This document shows positions 12,187-25,379 of a stretch of DNA of 64,000 nt, piece after piece. Source of the DNA: Eledone cirrhosa (taxonomy: Eukaryota); contig OZ024741.1 in assembly GCA_964016885.1 (NCBI GenBank), positions 354,578,001-354,642,000 of the forward strand. The letters are read 5' to 3'. The notes below the pieces were generated by a model. The model worked only from the letters and a program-made list of their open reading frames with translations, was not told where the DNA came from and did not search any database. Position numbers and translations under genes: made by a program. Every line of letters begins with the position of its first letter. Positions within the stretch are counted from its first letter, which is position 1.

Positions 12187-13737
12187 TCAGACGATCCATT
12201 TGCTGTCAACACCCGTTGCGTGGAGAAAGATCTTAGCTAATGGTGTGGCCACCTCCATATTATATAGTGGGTTATACCATATAATGCGTCGGGATCTATT
12301 TCTTCTAGGTCTATTCTCGTACTCTGTATATGCTACCTTATCGACAAATCCACTCCGAGCAAGAGCTTCATTGTAATATGTGGAATGGTCGTTGAAAATA
12401 TGCTCGTTAGTAGATAGACGGGAAAGCCTCAAAGAAAAGTTTCTTACCAGGTTCTTGGTTATGCTGGCAGGATGGTTAGAATGCTTACTTATGTAATTAA
12501 GCGTATCATTCGGCTTTCTATACGGGTAATGCAAGCCATTCGATAAATTGAGGGTAACGTCGAGGTAATTAACGACCGAGAGGTTGGCCTCAACCTGTAT
12601 GGAGAGGTTGAAGCCTTTAAAGAAGGCTGTGAGTTCTTTTCTGAATCTGTCGCAAGCACGTGGGCCGCACTTAGTCATGGTCAAAAGACCTTCATGACGG
12701 TACAAACCACCGCCCACGTTGGGGAATTCTTCCTTGATAGAGAAAAGAAGGAAAAGGCCGATAAGATCAGTAACCTCCACAGAATCGCTGGCGCCCATAC
12801 TCATGTCGAATGGGGTACTATTAGATTTTTTAATCCAAATAGAGTCGTCGAAATTAATCACCGACTTACGGGCATTGAGGATGACATCAACTTCGAAATC
12901 CTTAACCACTGTGAGTGTTTTAGCGAAATTGATAGCTCTAAGGAGAAGTGGTAAAGTGATGGAGGAGTAGTAATTATTGATGTCGAATTGGATAAAACGG
13001 CAATATTCCTTGTTGCATATGCCGTTGAACCAATCAATCACCGCGAAAGAATTGTTCCACAGTGCAAGAGGGGCCAAACTTCTAATTTCAGGTATAATTC
13101 TATCAAGAATCCTTTTACTAAGTCTACCTAAATCGGACTTCGTAGGGTTAATAAGCCGAATAGAGGGGTTGTTCGGAAAATTGTATTTGTGATCCTTCAG
13201 GGCAAAGTGGGGAGAAATAGGGTCCAGAGGTTCAGTCCGGTCCAGGATGTTGAGATCAGAGGTGATTTTAAACCCAGCATCGTTGATTTCATTAATGACG
13301 CTCCGATTAGTTTTACGGTAATCCTTAGTTTCAGCATTATGTAGCAGTTGATGGTAAGTACTGCGCTCCACTTGATATAGATTGCCAGTTTTGTCGGAAT
13401 GGACGTGTACGGCATTAAAATCCTTAATAGAACGAATTCTATTCTTCAGGTCCTGCTGGAAGGAATTCTTCCTATTCCGAAATTTGATACTCCGTATGAG
13501 TTCCAAGACATCATTTTCGAAGGGTAGCAATGCTGGGTTACTCGGAGGGTTATTATAGGTTTTAAACCCAAATTTATCCTGTTTGTTGTCTTCTTTTCCC
13601 TGATTATCGAAATAAAAGGCACGCCAGCGCAACCTTTTAATGAACGCGTCTGTTTTCTGTATTAGGAGTTTTAGATATGTTTTCCTGCTTGGTACGGGTA
13701 TGTTCTTTGTAGAAATATTCAGATGTTGTTTTTGCAT
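12187..13737 (-). CDS. Reverse transcriptase of a Naiad-type Penelope-like element, 3'-truncated, probably inactive
   Basis: 516-aa ORF with STKNIP.PS...Y...LI.K...FIKRLRWRAF, DKT.NLY, LKDHK.NFPN.P..RLINP.KS.LG, QFDI..YYSSI, FD.SMG..D..EV.DL.GL, GLYRHEGL (family norm YRDDGL, so the first Asp is lost), NYLDVTLNL, SNHP, RRIIWYNP. Confidence 0.9.
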   Translation of the reverse strand: MQKQHLNISTKNIPVPSRKTYLKLLIQKTDAFIKRLRWRAFYFDNQGKEDNKQDKFGFKTYNNPPSNPALLPFENDVLELIRSIKFRNRKNSFQQDLKNRIRSIKDFNAVHVHSDKTGNLYQVERSTYHQLLHNAETKDYRKTNRSVINEINDAGFKITSDLNILDRTEPLDPISPHFALKDHKYNFPNNPSIRLINPTKSDLGRLSKRILDRIIPEIRSLAPLALWNNSFAVIDWFNGICNKEYCRFIQFDINNYYSSITLPLLLRAINFAKTLTVVKDFEVDVILNARKSVINFDDSIWIKKSNSTPFDMSMGASDSVEVTDLIGLFLLFSIKEEFPNVGGGLYRHEGLLTMTKCGPRACDRFRKELTAFFKGFNLSIQVEANLSVVNYLDVTLNLSNGLHYPYRKPNDTLNYISKHSNHPASITKNLVRNFSLRLSRLSTNEHIFNDHSTYYNEALARSGFVDKVAYTEYENRPRRNRSRRIIWYNPLYNMEVATPLAKIFLHATGVDSKWIV

Positions 13738-13943
13738 GATGAATATAAGTCAGTAGAGTGCTTAACCGAGGGAAACAAATAAAGTTGAAGATTAAAATAC
13801 AAAAAGGGCTCGATAAGGATAAATACATATCAAATATATAAGAACCTTAGAGCAAATATTTATTAAAATAACAGATTAAAGTTTAAGCAAAGAATCGCTG
13901 CTTTCACCATTAACTTGAGTCCTTGAGGGACCATACGTGGCTT

Positions 13944-14360
13944 CAACAGCAATGCAACACACCAGCTGTAATTTATGAAACTGTGGTCACTTCCAACCGA
14001 CCAAACGAACCACAGGAGGTCAAATCCTATGTGGGCATGGCGGAGGGCCGATTTAAGGAACGTTTCCTGAACCACCACTCTACCTTCAGGTACCCGGACA
14101 GACATTCATCCACGAAACTCGCGAGCCACGTATGGTCCCTCAAGGACTCAAGTATAGACTACTCCATTCAATGGAAAGCCATCACTAAGTCCAAGCCATA
14201 CGCAAGGGGAAATCTGACGTGTGGCTTATGTATTGACGAACGAATAACTATTCTAAAGAGATTACGCAATAGTGATTGCCTAAACACGAGGAATGAATTT
14301 TTCACACGTTGTCCACACCTCGCCAAACACCTATTGCATAACTACAAGGCTCCGGACTGA
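13944..14360 (+). CDS. GIY-YIG endonuclease C-terminal fragment of the same PLE
   Basis: C...AVIY..VV......YVGMAE..FKERF.NH...F.......T.LA.HVW.LK, then C.LC..E...I.......LN.R.E....CPH..K.LL. Confidence 0.9.
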   Translation, partial: QQQCNTPAVIYETVVTSNRPNEPQEVKSYVGMAEGRFKERFLNHHSTFRYPDRHSSTKLASHVWSLKDSSIDYSIQWKAITKSKPYARGNLTCGLCIDERITILKRLRNSDCLNTRNEFFTRCPHLAKHLLHNYKAPD

Positions 14361-14511
14361 TTCTTTGTAATTTTATTTTCAACCTAAAAACATTTCGGAC
14401 TTTCGCAGTTATCTCCCTTACACCTCTTGCACGCAGTCTAGTATTGCCTGTGTGAAGTGACCGGGTTTCTGCGCATGCGCGTTCGTATGGTTGTCCTTCC
14501 TGTTTCTATAA

Positions 14512-14568
14512 CCATGCCCATTCCGAGCTGAGAATCCGCTAAGGTGAAACAATTGTTCTGGGTATGGT
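14512..14568 (+). ncRNA. Degenerate type I hammerhead ribozyme in the PLE 3' UTR/pLTR
   Basis: ccgag-CTGAGAA(variant)-t-cc gctaa gg-t-GAAA-caattg-tt-ctggg; palindromic stem III; accatgcc/ggtatggt extension. Homologous to the copy at 47520. Confidence 0.6.
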
Positions 14569-14656
14569 GAACTAACTGTTGTGTAATCACTTCTACCTAA
14601 CTCGTCCCATGGACTGAGTGCTCTACTGCTACGGATATTACCTTCCAGTGTTCCAC

Positions 14657-14721
<65 letters not shown>

Positions 14722-15229
14722 TATGATTCGCCGCAGATTTCAATTTTTTCATATTTTGGATTCTGATCCTGATCCTGATCTTGATTCTGGTAAAGAATAT
14801 TCAAATTTGGTAGAGCACTCAATCAGTAGAAGGGGTTTGTGGTGTATAAGATATTGTGGTGTCATTAATATACAAAGTACCAGTAATGCACTGGGTAATT
14901 GATGGCCTTGTGCCTAAAGTAGAAATAATTAATATACAATTGCTTCGCCAGCCATCTATTTCAGATCTTTCATTGAGGCTAAATTCTAGTTCGTCAACTT
15001 ATATTGACGACGTTTGGTAATGGTTGTGTTCTTTTTCTTCAAATGGAAAAAAAAATTTCAAAAATAGAAGAGCAAGAAATAAACAGAGGCTGTTGTAAAT
15101 ACAAACGTATTATAAAGTAAAAGCAGGGGAAGTAATTTGACAGGGAGCTAACTGCTGGAGGACCAACATCTGTAAATTAAAGAAAAGGAAAATATTAGCA
15201 ATCAGTGGATGGATTACATGGTAATCCAG

Positions 15230-15965
15230 CCTTTTCATCCTGGTGTCATGGAATTTTACAGTTCTTGAGTATAAGTTTGTATGTGCTGGGGCAGCGATTG
15301 AAGAAATAAGCCCCCGTTTTAAGATAGTTTATGAAGTTCTGCAGCTTCTTTGTAATGTATTCCATTCTTTAGCTGTACACAGCTGGCATGTCCTAAAACT
15401 ATTTGAAGAGGTTCAGGACTTTTTTAGGATACTCATTTTGACGGAGAAATTCGCACCGCTGTCCTTGAGATCGCCAGCATTAGGCTCACCAGCTACGATG
15501 GAAATGAGGTATTGGGTACTTATCAGGACGAATACGAATGTTAAGCATCCGATAGTCCCCACATATTCGCAAGTTACCAGGAGTTTCTTTAAGGATCATA
15601 TAAAGGGAGGACGACCAATTGCTATTAAATGAGAAAATGATGCCATATTCCAGTATATGAACGAATTCGTCATGGTTTATAAAAATCGGTGGTCCATCAG
15701 TGACGATATGGTGAATAACGTTAAACAGGGGCAAGCAGTATTAAGATACTTGCATACAATAGCATTGTATTTGCTTGATGAAGATTTCAAGAATATAGAG
15801 CTGACAGATGATGGCTGTCTGCTGACATCGATCTCAAGAATACTAGCAACAGAATCGACAAGTCTGCTGTGCTTAACATAAAAAAAAAACTGATATGGTG
15901 TTAAAAGAAATCCCAGGATTTGAGTCAGTAATTTAGTAATGACAATACATCCACTGAAAGGTAAC
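15230..15965 (-). mobile_element. Highly decayed Ty3/gypsy gag-pol remnant
   Basis: GII..S.SNWSSSLYMI.K..PG.LRICGDYR.LN....PDKYPIP (RT N-terminal motif); integrase-like remnants downstream. Confidence 0.65.
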
Positions 15966-15972
15966 ATATTTC

Positions 15973-16473
15973 TCTATATTATAAGAACGCTGTCCGTCCG
16001 TCCGTTATGTTCACTTTATATAGAAGGGGAGCACCAAACAAGAGATATGTACATAGAGAGAAGAAAGGGAACGCCGTGTGTTTTCGAGGTGACAAAAAAA
16101 GGTAGATAGACAGAAAGTTATGATGTCGCCCTCATCAATATAGAGAGAATGGGAGCGCCAAGCGAGAGATATGTACATAGATAGTGAGAAAAAACGGAAT
16201 GCCGTGTATTTTCGAGGTGACATAAAGAGGTAGGGAGACAGAAAGTTACGACCGCGCCCTCATCTATATAGGGAGAAAAGAAACGCCAAGCGAAAGAGAT
16301 GTACATAGATAGAGAAAAGGAACGTCATTTGTTCAGAGAGAGAGCGAGAAAGAGAGAGAGAGAGAGAGACGGGGGGGGGGGATGGAGAGAGGGAGAGAGA
16401 GTGGGGGAGGGAGAGGGAGAGAGTGTGTGTGAGAGAAAGACAGAAAGATGGAGAGGACGTCACCCTCATCTAG
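15973..16473 (+). mobile_element. Non-autonomous Helitron-like element with internal tandem repeats of about 123 bp
   Basis: 5' TCTATATTATAAG followed by (GTCC)n; about 2.5 copies of a 123-bp unit (16015-16330); ends CTAG before T. Confidence 0.5.
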
Positions 16474-18199
16474 TAATAATAATAATGATTTCTATTATAG
16501 GCACAAGACCAGCAATTTAGGGGAAGAGGAAAGTCAATTAAGTCGACTCCAGTGCATTACTGGTAGTTTATTTTATCGACCCCGTAAGGGTGAAAGGCAA
16601 AGCTAACCTCGGCAGGATTTGAATTCAGAACATAAAGGGCCGTAACTCTCTGCCACAAACTACCGACACTGTCAATCCACCGTACTAAAATGATTTCTAC
16701 TTTAGGCACAAGGCCAGCAATTTGGGGGAGGGGAAAGTCAATTAAATAGACCCAAGTGCATTACTGGTGCTTTATTTTATCGACCCCGTAAGGTTGAAAG
16801 GCAAAGCCAACCTCAGCGGAATTTAACTCAGAACGTAAAGGACCATAACTCTATGCCAACCATCCATCCGTGGTAGTGGCAGGAATAACATGATTTGCGA
16901 GAAACTGGGCGTCGTGTTGCAAAAACCATAAAGTAGAATCTTGAATCAAAGAAATTGTCGGCTTGATGAATGTCATTTCTGTAGATAAAAATACAGACAG
17001 CATTTCGTACATTGGAAAAGATATGTAAAATGCAATGTCTGCATGGGTTACTTTGTAAAATAGAATTCGTTGATGGGCCCGTCGCCACGAAATGGTGGGG
17101 GCGAGGCTCTGGATTGCATTGTGTCCATCCCGTACTTTTAAATGGTGCGCTCCAAATTAAAAAAAAATAGAGTTTATAAAAAATGTCCTGAAATATGTTC
17201 CTTGGGAATGAGTGCTCACCCAGAAGGTTCTGAATTAATACCAACATTGATTTTTGATTTAGGCAGATGACCAGCAAATTTGGGGGAAGGGCAAAGTTGA
17301 TTAAAACAACCCCAATATTTGACTGGCACTTTATCAATTCCGTAAAAATGAAAAGCAAAGTTGACACCGACAGGATTTGAATTCAGAATGGCTAACCATA
17401 GTGGCAATTTATCCGACGCTCTACCAATTTTCCATGAATATTCCTGTAATGTTATTTTTAACTGACATTCGTAACAGTTATAATCGATTTTCTGCTAAAA
17501 TTAGAACCTTTTATTATAAACTAGACAGATTTTTACTTGATTCTAAAGGTATTATATTCTAAAGCTATTATATAAGAGAAATTACACCAGTTTACTATCG
17601 AGATTTCTGCCGAACAAGAAAGAAAATGTTTTCTATCAATAGAACATTTAAAAATGTTTTACAGCATGGAATTAAGAGAGCGAAACAATTGCCATCTACA
17701 GTGAATGGCATCTTTTTGTCTAGACTCAAACGATCATACGTACATACGTACATACATACATACATACATACATACATACATACATACAATTAGGAAATTA
17801 CAAGTACAATCCATTAATGGAACAGTAAAAATATGTAAAACATTCCAAAAATGTTGCATCAAATAACTGCATATACACATGTACAGATACAAAGCATATA
17901 CACATGCACACATACAACTCAAAACATTCACATGCACACATACAATAACATGCCTGCATACATAATCAACCTAGTTGATGTGTAAATTCCAATGAGAGAG
18001 TCTTGTGTCTATGTTAGAAACCGACTCTCTCTCTCTATTGGAAAAAAATTGTGAAATTATAAAACCAGAAGAACATACATACATACATACATACATACAT
18101 ACATACATACATACATACATACATACATGCATACATTATTGTGTTTTTATTTGTCGGAAGTTAAAAAGAATATATTTCTAAATGCGTTACATGGCACAT

Positions 18200-19383
18200 A
18201 CATACATTATGGCTGCAAACTCTGCTAAGAGTATTGCAATCGCTTGTCAGATTATAACAGATCCTGAACAAGCAATGCCAGTGCTTTGAAGGGTTTTCAA
18301 GCGGGGAAAGGCCTTGTACTCGACCAATCCCACTCTCTGAGCATCGAAAACACTTCCCGAAAAGGAGAACTGGTCAACATCATCGGATGCTTCCGAAGCC
18401 GCAGGTCTTTTTTTTTTCAGAGTTTCCCTTTCTTGGAAAGGTGTTGTGACAACTGGGGGCCTTTCACTCCTAGGAGAAAAAAAGTACTATTTGGATGGCC
18501 ATTGGCTCTGCTGAGTTCGTCCGTCTTTTGTCGGGTCTTGTATTTCATCCCTCAGGGTATCCAAATATCACCCTCCTCACCGAGAAAACTTGGTGGGGTT
18601 GCTGGTTTAGTCGCCGACGATCCGACCACGATACAGGTTGTATTGGGTTACATGTTACCAGTAGCACCCGAGAGCAACCTGACATACATACATACACACT
18701 CACATACATACATACATACATACATACATACATACATACATACATACATACATACATACATACATACATACATGGTGGCTGCCAACTCGTTTTCGAGTAT
18801 GGCCACTACTTTATATCCATGTAGGAGAAACCCTATTGATGCGCTGAACGAGTGTGACTTTTTAGTCCAGCCTGCAACATGAAAACTCTGGCACAAACAC
18901 TACACTTGTAACAATTATTGACACATAGTGCTGGGCCCATGGTACCATGTGACGACAAGTGCAGAGAGATCTCCAGATATAAAGCAATGCCTGTGCCGTG
19001 AAGCTTTTATAGTGAGTAAAGGCACTGCACAAAGCCAGTCCCACTCTCTTAACCAAGATGATATTTATCAAAAAGAAGAACAAGTCAACATCATTGGATA
19101 CCATCAGGGTTGCAGGTGTTATATCAGAGTTTTCCTTCTCCTAGAATTCTGCCTTGACAAAGGCTAAGGGGTCATCTCTCCCGGTGATTTTGGATGGCCA
19201 TTGACTCTTAAGAGCTCCTTTGCCCTTTGACAGGTTTTGTTTTTAGTCCTGCAGGATGTCCAAAGTCACCCTCCTCACCAAGAAACCTTGGTGGGGTTGC
19301 CAGTTTAGTCGCCAACGACCCGACCATGAGACAGGTTGTACTGGGATACATGTTACCAGTAGCACCAACTGGTGACCTGACAT
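18200..19383 (-). mobile_element. Two head-to-tail RTE-derived short elements separated by (TACA)n
   Basis: Copies 18200-18682 and 18770-19383 share a 5' segment of about 190 bp and the 3' end atactc....gagtt.gcagcca..atgtatg. The second encodes YKCSVCARVFMLQAGLKSHTRSAH, a C2H2 finger like RTE C-termini. Confidence 0.55.
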
Positions 19384-21611
19384 AAACATACATACATACA
19401 TACATACATACATACATACATACATACATACATACATACATACATACATACATACATACATACATACATACATACACATATACATACATACATTGGAAAA
19501 TGTGTGAAATCCTTGGTACAGTTAGGTATATTTAAAAAAAGGAAAAGAATGACTTCACTTGTAGTTCTAAACAATTCAATTTAATTTTATAATATAATTT
19601 TGCAATTTAGTTTTGTAGATCTAGTAAGTTCTTTGTTAACTTCGGTGGGGAGATTTTTAAAGATTCCTGGTTAACTTTCCTGGAGAACTTTCTTGTTATA
19701 ATAAAACCGGAAGTGTTGACATTTATAAATTTTAAAGAAGTGAATCTTTAAATAAGCAATAAAATATATTTAATGAAGAGTTACGAAATTTAGTAGATAA
19801 ATTATGTAATATTCATTAATTATTTATTCAAAATAATCTAACTTATTTTACTAACGGGGTAAAAACATATATTCTGGACGCAGTCCCGCACTCCTTTCTT
19901 TATTATAGTTAAGATTGTTCTGTAGATCAGAGTCGCTTTTCCATTGCCGTCAACACCTCAAGCGGGACGGCTATTTCAGCTTTTGTGTTTTGCCACTTAA
20001 TTAATCTGGCCGCTTCTGTCAAATTATCATCTTTTTTTGTATGTCTATGGTGAATAATTTAGGTGCCTTTACATTTGGCTGTGAATGTATCGCTGCCGTT
20101 GTTGTTGTTGCTGATGTAACTGTTCATGTTGCTGGTATTTTTGTTGTTATTATTAATGTTACTTATAAGGGCTGTGGATTTGGCAATATCGTTAGAGCGT
20201 CGGATATTATGCTTTGCGGCATATAGTTATGGCCCTTTACATTCTGATTTCAAATCCTGCCGAGGTTAACTTTGCCTTTCATCCTTACGCGTCAATAAAA
20301 TAAAGCACCAGTAATGCACTGGGGTCGATTTAATCGACTTTCCCCTCCCCTAAAATTGCTGGCCTTGTGCCTATATAAGAAACCATTATAAATGTTGTCT
20401 ATGTTGTTGTTGCTGTTACCGTTATTGTTTTCGTCGTTTGTTTGTAGTGTATTTTGTTGTTGTGGTGGTGTTACTAGTGTTGTTGGCTTTGGCTGTGCTT
20501 ACTGTTATGGCAGTGGGGCAGCAGCGTTCACGTTGGCAGACCTTGACAGCGGCGGGAAATCAGGTTCATGCATACCTCCTACTGTATGTGATTTTTTGGT
20601 TTTGGTTATTGTCGTTGTCACTGCTGTCGTTGTTGTTGTTACTGTTACTGTAGTTGCTGCTGCTGCTGCAGTTATTGTTTCTGCTGTTGGTGGTGTCTGG
20701 GGTGATGGTGTTGACAGTGGTGACGTTGGTGGTGACATTGTTGTTCCTGCTTTTTTCGTGCATGATGCCATCACTATTATTCCTAGGGGAAGAAACTTCG
20801 GTATGCGCCATGTTTTTTAAAAATTAGAGTGGGTGTGGGTGGGGGACAACAAAATAAATGTAGATTAAGTCCTTTAGGGGCCAAAGATAAGAGAAAAACA
20901 AATAAATCCCCCAGAAGATAGTTGGTTTAGCCTCAGAAATAAGCAAACATTCCAAAAAGCGATTAAAAAACAGGTGAAACTCAACAAAACTCACAGAGCG
21001 TAAAGTGTGACGTACAGTCCAAAAATAATAGTTTCTTATATAGGCACAAGGCCAGCAATTTTGAGGGAGGGGAAAGTCGATTAAATCGACACCAGTGCGT
21101 GACTGATACTTTATTTTATCGACCTCTTAAGGATGAAAGGGAAAGCTAACCTCGGCGAGATTTCAACTCAGAATGTAAAGGGCCATAACCCTATGCTGCA
21201 AAGCATGGTGTCTGATACTCTACCGATACTGCCAATCCGCCAATAAATGTTTTTGATTTAGCCACCAGGCCAACAATTTGGAACGAAGTCGATTAAATCA
21301 ATTCCAGTGCGATACTGGTACTTTATTTTATCGACCCCGTAAGGAAGAAAGGCAAAGCTAACCTCGGTGGGATTTGAACTCAGAACGTAAAGGGATGTAG
21401 CTCTATGCTATGAAGCATGTAATAATAATAATTGTTTCTACTTTTGGGACAAGGCCAGTAATTACCCAGTACATTACTAGAACTTTATTTTATTGATCCC
21501 GTAAGGATAAAAAACAAAGTTAACCTCGGCGGGATTTGAACTCAGACCAAAAAGGGCCGTAACTCGTTGCTGCAAAGCATGGCGTCGACCCTCTACCGAT
21601 ACTGCCAATCG

Positions 21612-22270
21612 AAATTATTGTGTACAGTGCTCAGGTGCACTACAACTCAACTCATCAAAGGTGCATGTATAGTACATAGAATAATGTACAAATGTCAGGA
21701 AAATGAACAGTGTACGAGTCATGAAATACATGTGTGCGTGTGCACGGGGGCGGGGTGGGGCATCAGGTGTAGTGTTGACGAATCTCAGGAAGCATGGAGA
21801 TTTTAAAGGATGCAGTGTCTCGACAGCTAACAACTGATGCAGGGAGTTTGTTCCATGCTTCAGCAACTCTGAGCGTGAAAAAATGTTTCCGACAGTCATG
21901 GGAGCTGTGTTGTTTTCTGACTTTGTAGGCATGCCCACGTGTGTTAGACACAAGGAAATCAAAAAGGTGCTCAGGGTTGTTGTTGGCAAGATGGTTAAAA
22001 ATTTTGTGGGTGTTTACCAAGTCAGTTGCAAGGCGTTCAGAGTATGGGAGATGCCTGATGGTTGCACGTCTCTGAACAGTTTCCAGGCGGTCAATGTTCT
22101 GAGCAAGATAGGGGTTCCAGATTGGTGATGCAAATTCTAAGTGTGACCGCACCATAGCTATATACAGCGTTAAATAGATAGCTGGAGAGCGGCTGACAAA
22201 GGTCTTGATGAGTGATGCTAAGACACCCTCGGCCTTCTTGACAATTTTAGAGACGTGCTTCTGTTTGTAT
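21612..22270 (-). mobile_element. CR1/L2-group LINE 3' RT fragment
   Basis: LY..MVRSHLEFASPIWNPY.....RLE.VQRRAT...LPY.ERL; TRGH.YK......RKHFF..RV..AWNKLP. Confidence 0.9.
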
Positions 22271-22545
22271 CTGTATTTATAAAATATAATCAATTCATTC
22301 TAAAACTTTTCTGCAACATCCTATGAAGAGAATTTACAATTGGGTGGATAGTTTATACCCTTATATGGACAAACCACGCCCATGACGATATGGTAAGTCC
22401 GCAACTAGCTGTTGAAACGATAAAGTAAATAAATAAATATTGTTAAAAGACTCGAGTTGCATTATAGATTTCTTTTCTTTATACTTTCACCCGTGTAGGA
22501 CATCTCGTTTTTTTCTTGTTTATTTTTTTATAAAAAAACCCTCAT

Positions 22546-22629
<84 letters not shown>

Positions 22630-23514
22630 GTATGTGTGTATGAGTGCATGTATATATATATATATGTATACACGCACACATACATATATATAGCCACACC
22701 ACTCACCACACACCACACACCGCACACCCCTCACCGCACACACATGGTTGTCATACCTTTCATAATTGAGTTGCCTCCATAGCTAATACTGTTGTAATAG
22801 TTAATGATCAGCACGGTTAGCGTTGACGTAACAGTGACGTCAATAACCCCATAGTATATTAACAGCTTCAATACAAAATTATCGAACCGTGGTTTATATT
22901 TCTAAAGAAAAAAAAAACAGTGTGTTAACAGCAATACAAGTGTGTATATCAATGTCAAATCAACACGTACGCTCATATACACATATATATATATATAAAT
23001 ATTAACCCACCCCCCCGCCCATGCACACACACTAACGCACGTCACGTAGGTGCAATCACACATACTCATTTTTACACAGACATACACAAACCAAACACAT
23101 GCGCGCAACAAATACAATCTCACACACGCAATTACATAGCTGGGATTTATCTGGACAAATATTAAAGTAAATAATTTCCTGTCCCACAGTGTGTTTTAGG
23201 CATTTAAAACCTGGCGGAGCCGTCCCTCTCTGGGTGAGAACGTAACTGATTTCTCCCAGAGAAGGAGGACGAAACAAAATAGATCCCAGGACTGGATTGG
23301 CACCTTATTTATCGACCTCGAAAGTATGAAAGCCAGAATTGACCTCACTGGGATTGAGAGCGTGAACCGGAACAAATACCGAGGCACCCTAACGACTCTG
23401 GCAAGTCGTCGCCTTGCATTACTAAACATTCTTGAAATGTATAAAGTAATACTATTATTGCATCACATTAAAAATGAAAGTATTTACTGCAAATCTTCAC
23501 AAAGATCTGTTCAC

Positions 23515-23900
23515 TAGACTTTAGTTCCTTTTACTCCGCATGGAGCATTGGGTGATGAGAGATTTCCATTCTGGACGGTCACAAGCCCTGCTATTGGCCT
23601 CCTCCCCTCCCAGTCTAGGCCCATGTCTGCCACGGCACGTATTCTTCTACAAATCTCATCTAGGTCTTAATGGGTCTGTCTCATTTCCTGGCTTCCATAC
23701 AAGCGAGGCCCTCACTGGCGTCTATGTGGATATGCATTAATCGTGGCCAAGCATCTTCCACCGCCGTACTTTGATGGTATACTCAGCCAAGCCCTTTCCA
23801 TGACCTCCTAAAAATGTGATGTGGTCACACCATGAAACCCTAGGTATGGTCCTAAGTCAACGTCTATGGAAAGCATTTGTAGTTCTGTAGATTCTACAGG
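23515..23900 (-). mobile_element. Decayed RTE LINE 3' fragment
   Basis: Manual translation: NAFHRR*LRTI..VSWCDHIT ... IKVRRWKMLGH ... LVWKP ... RPR. Confidence 0.6.
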
Positions 23901-24157
23901 TCTTTTTGCATGTCTCGCAAGCATAATTAACAAACTTATTTTTAGATATTTTCTATTAAATCAATTGATTTTAACAATAAACGCATTACCTCAAAATATA
24001 GTCGATTTGATAGATACTAGTACCAGATCGATACTTATTTTGTCGACCCTGGGTGGACGAAAGGTAAAGACGATACATTTTTGGAAAATAGTAATTGCAA
24101 CCCTTTATAATATTTGAAATGCAACGTTTATATCCGGTTTGCGCGCGCGCACGTGTC

Positions 24158-24798
24158 CTTGCTTTTCTCCCATAACGTAGCATTACTTTTCTCCCATAAT
24201 GTAGCATTACTTTTCTCTCATAACGTAGCATTACTTTTCTCTCATAACGTTGCATTACTTTTTTCCCATAACGTAGCTTTACTTTTCTCCCATAACGTTG
24301 CATTACTTTTCTCCCATAACGTAGCTTTACTTTTCTCTCACAACGTAGCATTAATTTTCTCTCATAACGTAGCATTACTTTTCTCCCATAACGTAGCATT
24401 ACTTTTCTCTTATAACGTTGTATTGCTTTTCTCTCATAACGTAGCATTACTTTTCTCTTATAACGTTGTATTGCTTTTCTCTCATAACGTAGCATTACTT
24501 TTCTCTTATAACGTTGTATTGCTTTTCTCTCATAACGTAGCATTACTTTTCTCTTATAACGAGGCGTTACTTTTCTCTCATAACGTAGCGTTACTTTTCT
24601 CTTATAACGTAGCGTTACTTTTCTCTCATAACGTAGCGTTACTTTTCTCTTATAACGTAGCGTTACTTTTCTCTCATAACGTAGCGTTACTTTTCTTTCA
24701 TGAAGTAGCATTACTTTTCTCTCATAACGTAGCATTACTTTTCTCTCATAACGTAGCGTTACTTTTCTCTCATAACGTAGTGTTACTTTTCTCTCATA
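24158..24798. repeat. 24-bp minisatellite, about 27 copies (cataacgtagcattacttttctct)
   Basis: Directly visible tandem array; explains the repetitive ORFs 23986-24903 and 24114-24806. Confidence 0.97.
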
Positions 24799-25099
24799 AA
24801 TGGTAGCATTGGCCTTGGATCTTAAATGTTGTGAAATAACCATAGTCAGTATGATCTTTTTCAGCTCCAAAGGACATCGTAAAAACACAGCAATACACCG
24901 CATAACATTGCTTCTGAAGTGTTGCTTTGTTAGTACGGACTGTAAGTAGTATATGGATAAAAGTTGGAGGGAAGATTAATTTCAAATAGTATCAATTTTT
25001 CTTCGTTCTGTAAAATGAAAGACTGTAAAACAACTTTATAAAAGCTAACGCAATATTGTTAAACCTTCAGCTGATTCTTTTGTGGGACGTCTTTCTCCC

Positions 25100-25137
<38 letters not shown>

Positions 25138-25228
25138 ATCTAACACTTTAATTGTATCTCTCTCTGTATAACGGCCTAACTCTCTCTTTCTGCCCCTCCC
25201 CCTCTCTCTCTGTCTCTCTAGATATGTA

Positions 25229-25319
<91 letters not shown>

Positions 25320-25379
25320 TTTTCGTGTGATTTAACCAACCAGCCATCCAACCATTAAAAATCTTTCTTTTATATTATA
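24796..25379 (-). mobile_element. Helitron family A, outer copy (its last 6 terminal bases displaced to 26825-26830)
   Basis: Colinear homology with 25571-26031; ends cttttatattata directly against the CTAG end of the inner copy. Confidence 0.7.

Noticed and set aside
12187-14520. Selenoprotein-type Naiad (in-frame UGA plus SECIS)
   Set aside because: Conserved Cys positions use TGT/TGC, no internal TGA, and no convincing SECIS seen in the 3' UTR.
20392-20820. Val/Thr-rich ORFs; also the many [12 protein letters not shown] and THTH ORFs
   Set aside because: Translations of simple repeats.
23986-24903. YERKVMLR / LLFSHNVA repeat ORFs, or a CRISPR-like array
   Set aside because: Pure 24-bp tandem repeat with no unique spacers; eukaryotic context.
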